This document shows positions 37,621 through 50,230 of a DNA stretch of 64,000 bases, piece after piece (position 1 is the stretch's first letter; the number at the start of each line of letters is the position of its first letter). A model generated the notes under the pieces. The model did no database searches and was not told the origin of the DNA. It saw only the letters and a program-made list of their open reading frames with translations. Source of the stretch: Callorhinchus milii (Eukaryota); the NCBI RefSeq assembly GCF_018977255.1, contig NW_024704742.1, positions 75,208,001 to 75,272,000 on the forward strand. Reading direction: 5' to 3'. The translations under genes and the position numbers were made by a program.

Positions 37621-39149
37621 TGTCATACCTTGAGGTGAGAATGGCATGGCTGAGGGTTTTAGCTATGTAGGTGGTGAGAAATGCTGGCAATGTTCCAGAG
37701 ATGGAAGAAAGCTATCTTGATCAAAGATGTAGAGTTTGAAAGAGAATGTGATATTTAGAACAAGAATTTGCAATTAGCAACTCCTGCTGGTCATCAGATG
37801 CCCATTACTCCAACCTTTGCTCTGACTTGATCTCGTTCCAAGAACAGAGTCCCTGCAGTCAGTATGATGCATATTAGTTTTATGGGTTATTTCCAACTTC
37901 CTGTTTACGAATGTCACATTTTCAATTCCTCACAATATATTTCTTTTTTTAATTTTCCCTGTTTACAAAATCTATTTTTCTTCCATCTCTAGGGGCACAC
38001 ATATTGTGATTACACAAAGAAGAATTGCTAACAAAATATCAAATAACTGGGTTGAACAAATTTGTAGTTTCTCTTCCTCATCTATTATCTATCTCGGAGG
38101 TATCCAGTTTATGAAAGTATTCCAAGAGGTACAGTTATAAATTATTAAATAATGTCAATGACAGTTGCTACTAATGAATTTCATAACTTATGTAAAATAA
38201 ATGCATTATAGAAATCGTTTTTTGAACAATGTCCTCTAACAAGTTTTGATTTTGTAAATATAGTCAATAAATCAAATGCACAAATTAAGGCAAAATACAA
38301 TTCTGGACAGTTTGTAGCTTGTGTAGGGAAGAGCTGGGAAGTCCAAGAACTGGACTTGATAAAAGCCTTGAGGAGAGTAAAAAGTGAGGAGATGTCAAAC
38401 TGAGGTCCCATCTACCTGTTCAGTTGGGCATTAAAGATCCTATGGCACTGTTCGAAAAGAGAAGGGAGTTTTTCCAATGGTGTCCTGTCTGATAATCCCC
38501 CCAAATTGACCATTCACTGCATGACTGTGGGACACTTTTTGTGGGACATTGCTGTCTTCAAATTGGCTGCCCCATTCACCTACAAAATACATAGTCACTA
38601 CACTTTCCAGTAAACTCTGTGAAGCAATTTGTAAGTGTTATTATTATTACTATTACTGTGCAGTATAGTCTTGGTCTCAACAAGTACAACACAAGAACAA
38701 CAACAAAATTACATTTATATAGCGCCTTTCATGTCAGGAGAATGTCCCAAGGCACTAGATGGTGAAATGAAGCACTATTGATTACTTGTAATATTGCGTG
38801 ACCCACATTGGTTGGCAAATATGCAGTATTGAGTACACGTTTCATAATGATACCTTCTACTGTTTTGTTGAATCCAAAGTTCAGAAGTTCAACTATGAGA
38901 AGCACCTTTGGCACCTGACTCTTTGTATCTGGGCCGAAAGGCCTATTTCTGTACCAAATCATTCTGTATAATTGTATGTAGATAACAGGGACTGATCATG
39001 TTCATGTTGCCAAAGCCATTACCCATCTTGATTGTCTGAGCTGGGTAGTACAAATGTCATCAGACCATCAAGATTTCAGGGCTCAACCTGTCTCCTAATT
39101 CTTCCTTGCCTAATTCCGTGCCTTCCCATGCAATGTATCCTTGGGGGGG

Positions 39150-39705
39150 AGGTAAACAGGATCTTCTTGAAGTTGAACTGACTCCAAGGTGCTGGAATCG
39201 AGCCAACCCTCTGCAATGGTCTCGGTTGTCCAGTTCCTGAACCAGGCAGTATTCCAGGGCACTGCTGATAACAACATAGCCAGCCTGGCTCATCAGCAGG
39301 ACCTGGAAGGGCAGACCAGTCACTGGAGGCAGGGAATCATCACACTCAGCTCATTTTAACCCTGCAAGCCAAAGCCCTAACTGGTCCTAGCTGGACAAGC
39401 AGCAGAAAAGTTTGCCAGACAGCAATATCAATGGCAAGTTACGTGGTTTTAGCTGGTTGGATTCCAGAAGTACCCCAATGCACACTCTGGGGTACCCAAG
39501 CCTTGGCTCTTTCCAACCTGCGCTTAACACTTTCCAGAATCAGGTAAGCAGGATGCGTTTCTCCAGGGAGAGAGGGCGCATTCCATACCAGCAATCTATC
39601 TCTGGAATTTCCATGGGATGCATGGAATTCTCAGTTTGGTTTGGATGTTCTTAAGCATGGTGATGGGTTACCACATAAGTCAGACACCCAGCTGACCAAA
39701 CGAAA
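39150..39705 (+). mobile_element. 3' UTR copy of the same non-LTR family
   Basis: Same shared blocks, ending gtcagacacccagctgacc. Further fragments at ~10860-11240(+), ~14225-14445(+), ~16670-16742(-) and ~17660-17850(-). Confidence 0.8.
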
Positions 39706-39964
39706 AGCATTTGTGCGGTGATATTTCCTATTTGAATGGCTGTGTATGAACTGTCCAGTGGTGGATATTCACCTTGTGTGCTTCTTATTGATGGCTGATA
39801 GTCTCAATGTGAAATTGTCTTCCAATTGGCCACATGGAGCCATAACATTTGAAAACTTCCAAAGTCTGACAGTGAAAATGTGCAATATTGCTCCATTACT
39901 GTTTCAGTGTAACTAAAATCATACCTCTACTCTCCAGACTTCTTTACAGTTCATACAATGGAAT

Positions 39965-40168
39965 ATTATAATAATTGTTGCATTTGATATAATATATAAT
40001 AACATAGCGCCTTATCACGTCTTCGAGAGGTCTCAAAGCGCTTCACAGAATATACTGTAAAGTGAATTGACAGTATATTTTGGGGGCGAAACGTGGCAGC
40101 CAATTGTGCACAGCAGTGCCCCACAAACAGTCATGGATTGAGTAACCAAATTATTATTATTTATTTAT
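39965..40168 (-). mobile_element. 3' half of the same SINE family
   Basis: Core and tail only. Similar partial copies at ~30905-31057(+), ~48560-48702(+), ~58580-58720(-) and ~61105-61280(+). Confidence 0.8.
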
Positions 40169-43100
40169 TGACCTCAATGTGGGAAGGTGATGGGGTAAGA
40201 TTATAGGAGGCTTGTAGTACATGGGCCATGAAATGGTCAGTTGTGGGGTGTTCTTGGGCCTTCTTCTGTTTCCTATTTCTTATTCTATTCCCATATTATT
40301 ATTATTATTATTATTATCAAGCCTGTTCTTTTCACAAAACATACTCTGCCATCAGTCTGCTAAAAACTCCGTACTGTCCCCTTTATGTACATTATTTTCT
40401 TTGGTTATGTATCAATCACATTCAGGCTTTAAATCATCCAATTCATCTGACACAAAAAAGACCAGAATCATTTCATCAACTTGTCTCCTTTCTGCTCAAA
40501 ATCATTTTTGTCATAATTGTCCATTTCATGACTGAACTTGTCTGATTCAATTTGTGGCAAAGAAGCAGCATTCAATGTGTTGGTGACAAACACTTCAGGC
40601 TTAATATTCAAAAGAGTAAGAGCATCTCGTATCCTTCTGAGATTTTAGATCATACAGAGACAAATTTGCGGCAGTGACACAATTTCGGCAAACATTTCCA
40701 AATGTAAGTTTATATTTACCTTCAATTGAGGATACTTTTACACGTTTTTTTCACATTTTTGCTCAACAAATGTTGTCACCAAAAAAAAATGCATGCTCAA
40801 GATGCAGTTGGATTTAAAGGAGAAAAACTCTTAAGTGGGATTGAAAAAGTAAAACTCTTGTTTTACTGTTTTGGTGCACCCTAAAGTATTGATCTGGGTT
40901 TACTTTTTCAATCCCATTTAAAATTTTATACATTTCTATAAGGTCATTTGTTAGACTTCAAGACTGAAGAACCTGAGATTGTCTAATCATTGCTCATGGC
41001 TCATTCTTCCAACATTAGGGATACTTCTCGTTGCTCTTCTCCTCACTGTCTCTAGGTTATGTCATGGTGACCAGAACTGTATGCATATTCAGCATTCAAG
41101 ATTGTATAGCCAGAGCACTATACAGCTTGAGTATTCTGGAGGTGTGAGACCAAATGAGTCGGATCTGAACCAATCATCCAAAGCAATCTTGTGATCTTAT
41201 TCCTCATTCAAACGTGAGGAAATTCCTGTTTAAAATTACTTCAAAAACCTCATCCCAGTGAAAATTATTCCAATCCTGATTAACAAGTATTTTAACAAGT
41301 GCTCTCATTATTTAGCACCTTTCATATAGGATGAATGCCTTGAAGATCTTCACAAAGTCAATGATGATCACCGACGGTAGGAAGAATTGTGGAGTGTGGA
41401 TGAAAGGCAGAGTCAAAGAGATACATTTGGGAAGGTTCCAGAGAGAAGGGGCATCTGATCCTTGGAAGGAGGAGTGCTCCTCACAGCTGATAGAGGGTAC
41501 AGTGGTCACTTTACACACTGGCTCCTTCGCTAATTGGCCCATCCCCTAAACTGGCAGCCTTATGCAATGTGAGTCTACTGACTTCCCTTAGTCCCTTGTG
41601 CTTCAACGTGTGCTGTCTGACTCCAGTCACTACATATCCTGCACATATTCACATATATGTAAGCATTATATAGCACCTTTCATATGGGATGAATGCGTCA
41701 AAGATCTTCACAAAGACAATGGCGATCACCCACAAGTAGGGATGTGGGATGTGGATGAAAAATGTCAAAGAGTTACATTTGGGAAGGTTCCAGAGTATAA
41801 GGGCACAGAAAATATACAGTCAATTTACTTTACAGTATACTATATAAAGCACTTTGACAGGTATCAATGACATGATAAGGAGCTATTTTAAATGAAAAGA
41901 TTATTATTATATCATGTGATACTGAACCCGTTCTATTCAATAGTTCATACATACTGTGCCCTCTGCTCTAGATTCAAAAAGATATCTACTTTCAAGGCAA
42001 GGTATTTTAACCCTAAAACCAGATTATTTGCTTTGCAATTGGTGCAGCAGATAAAACTTCCAATTGAATTTAGAGAACAGAGTTTTAATCACAAAAAAAT
42101 AAAATTAGAGAGGCAATAAATCTAAATATTGTCTTTTCTCCAGCTCGTGTTTCAAGGCCACCTAGTGTTTGACTGAACTTCTAAAATCATTGAAATATTA
42201 TTGTTATTGTTACCCAATTAATTAAAAACTCCACCACCCGTATCCTCACCTGCATAAAACTCCATACCCCCATCACCTCAGTACTTGTTCAGCTACACTG
42301 GTTGCCTGTCGCAGACAGATCGATTTCAAGATCCTTACACTCACAAACAAATCATTTCATGCCCTAGCACCTTCCATTTACCTCTCCGTCACTTTACCGC
42401 CCCCCCACCCACCCCCAACTCCTGAATATCCCTCATCTCCTCTGCTCCTTAAAATGAACATATGTAAGTTATAGGATCCTTTTAATGCTCCCGCACCTTT
42501 ACTAACTAAATTAGATCCAGTTTAACTTGTAGCAATAATGTGTGAATATTTTATTGCAATAATGTTATACTAAATACTTTAGTCACAGCGACCTTCACTG
42601 TAACCTGTTGCTGAAGGCAATTATGTGATCTGTAACAGGCATCACAATCTGCCCAGAATAAGTGCAGGCCTGTGGTGAGAATAACATAATTTGTAGTAAA
42701 TGTGTTATAGAATTGGAAAATTGGTTTAGACCGGGATATACTGAATACAGTGTAGGAGATAGCAATTGAAAGTTATTCTGTTCGAGTCAACACCTCATAC
42801 ATGTATAAGAAATACCTAATCAGTTAGGTCAAGTTAATCCAAGTGGCTGTCACAACACTTAGTCAAGACTGTTTTTCACAGACTGCTGCTGGAATTAATT
42901 TTTAGGGATGTAATATACAGCCAGCTGGATTAGGTGTACAATATCTTAATTAACACCACAACAATAGGATGCCAGGTCCTAAAAATAGTGCAATGGAGTG
43001 TATTAAGGATGCTCTTTAGTTGGGAGAGGTGGAATAGATAAGCTAGGGTTCTTCAGTCTTGAAAAGGCATGTCACAGAGATCTTATCAGATATATAAGCT

Positions 43101-45260
43101 GCTAATTAAGATTGAGAAAGTAATAAATACATTCACATACTCCAAGGCAGCAGGATTCTTATGCACAGGTTCAAGGGTGTGAAGGGTAATTTCAGGACAG
43201 ACACCAGAAAGCAATTCTTTACACGGAGGCTGTAATTCCTGTTTGCCACGAGGTAAATGAGATAATGAATATCACCAAACAGGAAAGGAAAGTGGGGAAG
43301 TTTCAGGGTGTTGATTGACAAAAAGAGATTTTTAACAAGGGTTTTTTTTTTAAGAGAGTTTTCCCTTTTCTGTCCTGGCTGAGAGCAACTCACTTTACAC
43401 AAACTAGAAATCAAACATGTGATCTTCTCAGTCTGTCGCACTTAGGTTCACGCCAGATAGTGCCATCTTTCAGTTCTTCTAATGAAATTCAAGTTATGCC
43501 AGGCTCATTAATCTTGCAGTCCCTGCAAAGACATGTATGAATAAATTTCTAAATATAACATTTACCAATCAATTAGGTGAGATCATAACTGAGTCTTTCA
43601 TCTGCTATAGAAGGGGATGAAAAACTGCAAAATCTGCTTCTCTATATATGTATAGTAGTTGGTTATGTGTTGGTTATGTGCAGGATTTCAGATAAAAAAG
43701 AGAATTTGCTGAGAACAAAAATATCTATTCATATCCAGGATTGGAGTTTAAGGGTCAAAACGTAACAGTTATGCTGAAAAATCAGCCAACTGTACAATAT
43801 ATAACAACGTCAAAGTGTTTTTAAATCAATTGAAACATAATATTAGTGGATCCTGATAGACCAACGTGTGAAAGGATTTTTTTTTACAAGGAAAAAGACT
43901 GGTATCATCCTGAGTAAAACATAAAGAATTAATTACAAGGCTGTGAAAAATTCCTGAAACGATTCTGTATCGGAGTTGTTACAGCAGCGAAATATCAGCC
44001 TGTAACTTACAGCACTTACTTTACAGCATGATCCTAATTGCTAAATTAAAGTTTGAAAAAACATTAAGTTCATCCTTTGTTGTTTCCAGTGAATCATTTC
44101 TATTAATCTCAGGATAAACCTTTGTTCAAGACACAATGTTTCCAGAGGGGAAATTAAGTAGTAGGAGCTGCCAGAATTCAGTGGAGTGGAACACATTCAA
44201 AATGCAGATTCAAAAATTTATTGTTTCAGCTAATAGGCTGAAAGTACATTTAGGAATTTGATGAATATTTTCATCAGTCTTTAAAAAATGTAAATTAAGC
44301 AGATGGCAGCAATCTACATTTGAAATTAGTGGGCTTCATCGGTAATATTTATGGGAATGATCATAAAGCATTATTGCAACTGAAAAGGCAGATTTATAAG
44401 TGACAACACATATTGTAAATTCTTCTTTATTTTGTTTTAGCTCTTAGTTTTTCCAAGGTGTTTTTCTTATTAATGTAATCAAAGATTGATAGAATGGGGG
44501 AAATTCACATGGAAAATTTCACATTAGTTTTCCGAATACCTGCTTCTAACCGTGACAAAAGAGGAGAAAATGGTAAGGAGTAAAAGGTGAATGATATTCA
44601 GATCCAGCTGCCAGCATCCAATTCAATTAGTTAGGGTAAATAATGTCAGACTTTACAGATCATGAGCAGCCCATATGATTTCAATATGTCACATCACCTA
44701 AAGAACTGCTTCTTAATTTCATAATTATCTAACTTCTTAATGTCTCTTTTTTTCTTTTACTTCCTATCTTCTATCTTAACAAAAGGTTATTGCAGTATTT
44801 TGGGGGGCCATTTGATCCATCATATATCTGACCAGCCTTAACATTCTTCACCTTGAGCAGAAACAAAATTGAAAGCCCCATGAATCAGTATTCAATCTTT
44901 CAAAAGGCATTTGGCAAAGAACTTCACGAAAGACTCCTTCACAAGGTGGTCACTGTGCGTCAGGGGAATAACATGGACATAGATTCAGAATTTGCTGAAG
45001 GGAAGGAAGCAGAGGATTTTTGTTAGGGGAACTAGGTCAAAATCTGGAGAGGTATTAAGCAGGGTGCTTCAGGGGTCTGTACAAGGACCCTTCCTGTTCA
45101 ACGTATATATTAATGACCTGGATTTCTAGACCCAGTGTAAGATAGTTACATTTGCAGAGACACCAAATGGGGGTAACTGTGGAATCAGAGGAGACAGCAA
45201 AGGTCCTCAAAGAGAGCTTGATATGGCATGTCCATGGGCTAGCAAATTCAGTTTAATATT

Positions 45261-45993
45261 CGAGGGACATCCCGAAAGTAATGCCTCCTATTTATTTTGT
45301 GAAGCGGTATAGTAATGAAAAACCAGATACTTTTATATACCCTGTCCCTGTTGTGAAAGTTTTGTTTACTTCTAACTAGGTAGAGGCACAAGACAGCAGT
45401 TCAAAATGGCATCTAGCATGGAAACACATGTTAAGCAGAGAGCAGTAATTGAATTTCTCACAGTTGAGGGGACTTTGCCAATTGCCTGCTGAAAGTGTTG
45501 ATGCGAGTCGTGTAAGATGCTGTACATTGTGTGAAAAATGAAGAAACTGAACCCCAAGATACATCTCACAATGGGTGGCTGGCAACAGCTGTTAATGAAG
45601 AGAGTACACAGAAAGTTGAAGAAATGATCTGCAAATATCGACCCATCACTGCGAGTTGAGTGAGAATCTCAGTATCGGTCATGATGCCATAGAGATAATT
45701 ATTGGTAACCTTGGTTACTCTAAAGTTTGTTCTCAGTGGGTTCCATCTATGTTAACCGTATTTCACAAGGAAACCAGAAAGGCCATTTGCACATCATTTT
45801 ACCATAACAGCATAGTGGCCGTTATGGTTCTACATTGGTGCAGGTGTGTAGATTGTGACAGTGACTTTGTGGAAAAATCACTTCACCGGTGTATTTTAAA
45901 AAGTTTCTTTTGTATCTATGTTAAGTTTTGTAAGTTAACAATTGAAGAATTTTGAGAAAATAAAAAAGAGGCATTATATTGGGGTGTCCCTCG
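45261..45993 (+). mobile_element. Internally deleted mariner DNA transposon
   Basis: Imperfect TIRs cgagggacatcccgaaagtaatgcctc and gaggcattatattggggtgtccctcg, followed by TA (45994-45995). Transposase remnants MASSMETHVKQRAVIEFL and LGYSKVCSQWVPSML (mariner WVPxxL motif). The DD34D catalytic core is missing. Confidence 0.85.
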
Positions 45994-46011
45994 TAGATAA
46001 ATGCAAGGTAC

Positions 46012-46204
46012 CCAGAACCTAATACTTTCTGGAAGTAGGAAAGTAGGATGAGCCCCTGCAGGGAGAGAATACGTATTCCATTCCAACAATCTATCTGTGG
46101 GATTTCCATGTGCAGGTGGGATACGTGGGTTTGGTTTGGATACTTTTAAGCAAGGTGATGGGTTCCATATGTGTCAGACACCCGGCTGACAAATAAATAA
46201 ATAA
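46012..46204 (+). mobile_element. Extreme 3' end of the same non-LTR family with (AAAT)n tail and TSD
   Basis: Ends cagacacccggctgac(aaat)n. Flanked by aaggtac at 46005-46011 and 46205-46211. Confidence 0.8.
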
Positions 46205-47282
46205 AAGGTACTACATACAAGAAGTAAGAATAGGAAACACAAGTCAATGATTGGAGGGCATCAATTTAAGATAGTTAACAAATGAGAAAATGGGGAGATT
46301 AGGAGAATTTAAGAGTTTAGGCGTAGTTAGGATATGGAATGCCCTGCCTGGAGCAATTGTTCGGATACCTAAAATTGGATTCATTCCCTAGCTCCTCCCT
46401 ATCTTCCGACCTGCTTATACCCCACTCCACTACCTGCTGTGTTTGCTCAGCTGGCTCACGTCTCTTGCACGTACCTCGTTGCCTCAACTTTACCATTAGT
46501 GGCTGTACTTTCAGCCACTACACCCCAAAACTATGGAACTCTCTGCCTTAATTCCTTTGCCTTGCCCCCTCTTTGCCCATCTTCAGAACACATCTGAAGA
46601 ACTTCCTGTTCAACCCTGTCTAAAGTCACCTCCCGCCCTGGCTCAGCAATGTTATGACAGTTCTCACCCTTTTGGGTGATCTCTGTTAAAACTCCCCAGT
46701 TTCTTTCTAGGAACAGATCTCCATTAAGTGCTCCCTGATACTACCTGGGTGAAGGGTACTAAATGAATGCAAGTTGTTGTTATTGCATCTTAGATTTGTG
46801 AGTGGCTTCGATTGAAGTAAATATAGTACATTTGTAGTGTTGAATAAGCATGTGTCTGCATCCATAAAAAAATTGATCTCCTTCTTATTATTTGCACTTA
46901 AAAAGACTCAACAACCCTGGAATCTATTTTCTTTTCTCACGATGATTTGAATCTTTTTCATTCCACCTAGATAGATACCCTGATTTTTTTTTACAAAATC
47001 CTCCCACATCACTACCTACTTCTTGGTCGACAGCTAAATAACAAACTGAATGATCTTGACAAATTCAGTTCAAAAGGAGCCATGATATTTCAGGGCTTTT
47101 CTTACATTTGGAAGAGAGCTGTGGAAAATGTCAGTATTATTTGTTTTATTAAAAGGTAAAGAATCCACACAGCAAAAACATGTTAATGTTTTTAAAGGTT
47201 AAATGTTTCCTTAAGTTTGTTAAATGCTGAGAAATTCTGAAAAAATTGTTTGATGAAATCTTTTGATTTTTTCCCTAATTTT

Positions 47283-47356
47283 TGCCTTCTCTCCCTGCCT
47301 CTCTCCCTGCTTCTCTCCCTGCCTGCCTCTCTTCCTGTGTCTTTCTCTCCCTGCCT
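47283..47356. repeat. Short 12-bp pyrimidine tandem repeat (TCTCTCCCTGCC)
   Basis: About five degenerate copies, seen directly. Confidence 0.8.
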
Positions 47357-47464
47357 GAATAGGCTGATTCAAGTTGGGCTGCAGTCTATGAGTGCTGCCT
47401 ATCTTTAGGTATTTTGCCACTTCACTTTTCATGTGATAATAAGTGATTGTCAGCAAACTACTTA

Positions 47465-47838
47465 TAATAATATCAGTAATCCTTGCATTTGGTATAGTGC
47501 CTCATCACATCTTCGAGATATCTCAAAACACTTACAGAATATAATGTAAAGTGATTCAACTGTATATTTTGTGGGCGAAACGCAGCAGCCAATTGCGCAC
47601 AGCAGTGTCCCACAAACAGTCGCTGGTCATTGAAGTGACCAATTTATTATTTTTGTTGAAAGAATTATTACCCCTGGAAATGCAAACCGCCAATTCAATG
47701 ACAAACTGGGTCCTACTTACTGCTAGGTAAACAGAGGCGTGTGGAGTTAGGCAATTTACCCAATGTTTCGATTGGGAATCAAACCCAGGTCCTCTCGCTT
47801 GTGAGGCGAGTGCTCTAACCACTAAGGTACAGGACTCC
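47465..47838 (-). mobile_element. tRNA-derived SINE (subfamily B)
   Basis: Full-length reverse-strand copy. Confidence 0.88.
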
Positions 47839-47879
47839 ACGTGGATAGCTCCAGATAGCTGGTTGCATTGTACTGATTG

Positions 47880-50230
47880 AAAACTTGATCTTGTGTGTCA
47901 ATTACTTATTATCACATTTTGTTTTCATCCAACTGTCTTTTGGGAGAGAGAGTTCCAGATTTCCATTGCTCTTTGGATGAAAAACTACCATCTAATTTCA
48001 CTCCAGATGGAGTCTGACCAAGGCTCTATATAGTTGAAACATCGTTACCTCTCCTTTATATTTCAGCCTCCTTGAGATAAAGGCCAACATCTCATTAGCC
48101 TTTTTGATAACTTTTTAAGACCTGTGAGCTTATTTTTAGTGATTTGTGTACATGGTCACCCAAATCCCTTTGCTCTTCCAGAGTTCTTAGTTTCTCAAGA
48201 TTTAGAAAATATTCTGTTTTGTTATTTTTGGATCCTTAGTGAATGACCTCAGACATAGTTTCTCTGTATCTACTCTATTGAATCCCTTTATTATTTTAAA
48301 AAAACACAATCATATCATCCTTCAACCTTCTAAACCACATTGAATTCCATCTGCCACAGTTTTGCCCACTCACTTAATCTATCTAAGTCCCTTTGTAACT
48401 TCCTGCTCCCATTTCTGCACAATTTACTGTGCCTCCTAACTTTGTGTAATCTGCAAATTTGGATATAAAACTTTCTATTCCTTCATCAATTATTATTGGT
48501 ATTATTAATAATTATTTTTTGTTGTGTGTTTGTTATGAGAATGGACCATATCTCTCACAACCAATTGGCTGCTGCATTTCACCCATAAAATATACAATCA
48601 ATTACTTTACAGTATATTCTGTGAAACGCTTTGAGATGTCTCGAAAATATGATAAGGCACTATATTAAATGCAAGGATTATTTTTATTATTATTATTATT
48701 TATTCTCCAAGTCATTTATATACATAGTGAAATGCTGAAGTCCCAGTACAGACCCCGGGGAACACCACTTGTCACATCCCGCCAATCAGATATATTAGTT
48801 CCTTTTATCCTTATTATAAAAACAGAAGTCGCTGGGAACACGCAGCAGGTTAGGCAGCATCTATGGAGAGAGGAAAGCTACTGACCTGCTGCATGTTCCC
48901 AACAACTTCAGTTTGCTTTTCAGATTTCCAGCATCTGCTGGATTTTGCCTTTTGTTCCTTTTATCCCTACTCTCTGTTTCCTGCCTCCCAACCAATTACC
49001 AAGCCACCTCACAAGGTTACCTCCGATTCCATGCACTTTTATTTTTGTTAATAACCTCTTGTGCAGAACCTTATCAAATGCCTAATGGAAGTCCACATAG
49101 ACGACATTCATAGACACTCTCTTATCCACCATGTTAGTGACCTCCCCAAAAAATTCAGTCAGATTCATCAGACATGACCTACCCTTCAAAAATCCATGCT
49201 GACTTGACTCTTTTTGATTATCTCATATTTGTTCAAGTGCTCAGTTACTCTATCCCTGATAGTAGATTCCAGTAACTGCCCCACAACTGAAGTTAGGCTG
49301 ACAGGTCTGTAGTTACTTGCTTCCTCCCTCCCTTGCTTCTTAAATAATGGAGTGACATTTGTAATTTTCCAATCCAAGGCACAATTCCCAAATATAGGAA
49401 GCTTTGGAAAATTATGACTAACACATCTGACTAACACCTAAAAGGTATTATTCTTTTAATAGCCTGGGGTGGGATATATCAAGTCCCAGAGATTTGTCTC
49501 ATCTTTGGTCCCATTATTTTTTCCATTACCATTTTTTATTTATATTAAATTCATTTAGTACTTCTCTTTGGCTTATATTTATGTTCCCTGTTACCATTGG
49601 TATTTTGTCCTCTTCCTCTACTATGAAAACGGAGGCAAAGTATTCATTTAACAATCCTGCCATTTCCTTATTGTCCATTATAGTCTCACCTACATATGTC
49701 TTTCATGGGTCCACATTCCCCTGTACCACTCTCTTTCTCTTAACATACTTATAAAAACTTTTATTGTTGCTGTTGAAAAAAATGCAACTTTTTTCTCTTA
49801 TTCCCTTTTCACACTTATTACTTTCTTTGTATCTCTTTTTTGCTTTTTAAAGTCTCCCCATCTATACTGGCTATATACTGGCTTTGTATTGTACCAAATT
49901 CTTCTATGAATACTTCCCACTGTATGTCTATGGGTTTACCCATTAACAGTTTAGCCCAGTTTACCATAGTTAATTTATTTCTCATCCCTTTGAAGTTTGC
50001 TTTGCTTCAATTTAAAATCTTGGTTTGCGACTCTCCCTTCTCCCTCTCAAACCTTATATCAAATTCAATCACATTATGGTCATTATTTGCAAGTTGCTCC
50101 CTTACCTTCAGATTGTTAACTAATTCCAGTTCATTACTCATCGTCAAATCTACTATGGCCCGTTCCCTTGCCGGTTCTAAAACATATTGTTCCAGAAAAC
50201 TGTCCTGAATACATTCTAGAAATATGTTGC
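47880..50230 (-). mobile_element. CR1 LINE ORF2 relic (RT region), interrupted by SINE and PLE-like insertions
   Basis: DWKITNVTPLFKKQGREEASNYRPVSLTSVVGQLLESTIRD (CR1 RT N-terminal motif) on the - strand. Decayed CR1 sequence on both sides. Confidence 0.85.
48811..48953. mobile_element. Short Penelope-like-element end remnant with inverted arms and 13-bp TSD
   Basis: 34-bp imperfect inverted arms (48820-48853 and 48881-48914), tttcagatttccagcatctgc end, and direct repeat gttccttttatcc at 48798-48810 and 48954-48966. The family call rests on recalled similarity to shark PLE ends. A related half copy lies at ~33472-33530. Confidence 0.55.

Larger units (their letters stand above)
44880..46370 (+). 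mobile_element. CR1 LINE RT relic hosting nested mariner and non-LTR insertions
   Basis: FQKAF, QGSVQGPFLFNVYINDLD, FAETPN. The QIQFN|IDKCKV|LH motif is split by the two insertions. Confidence 0.8.
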
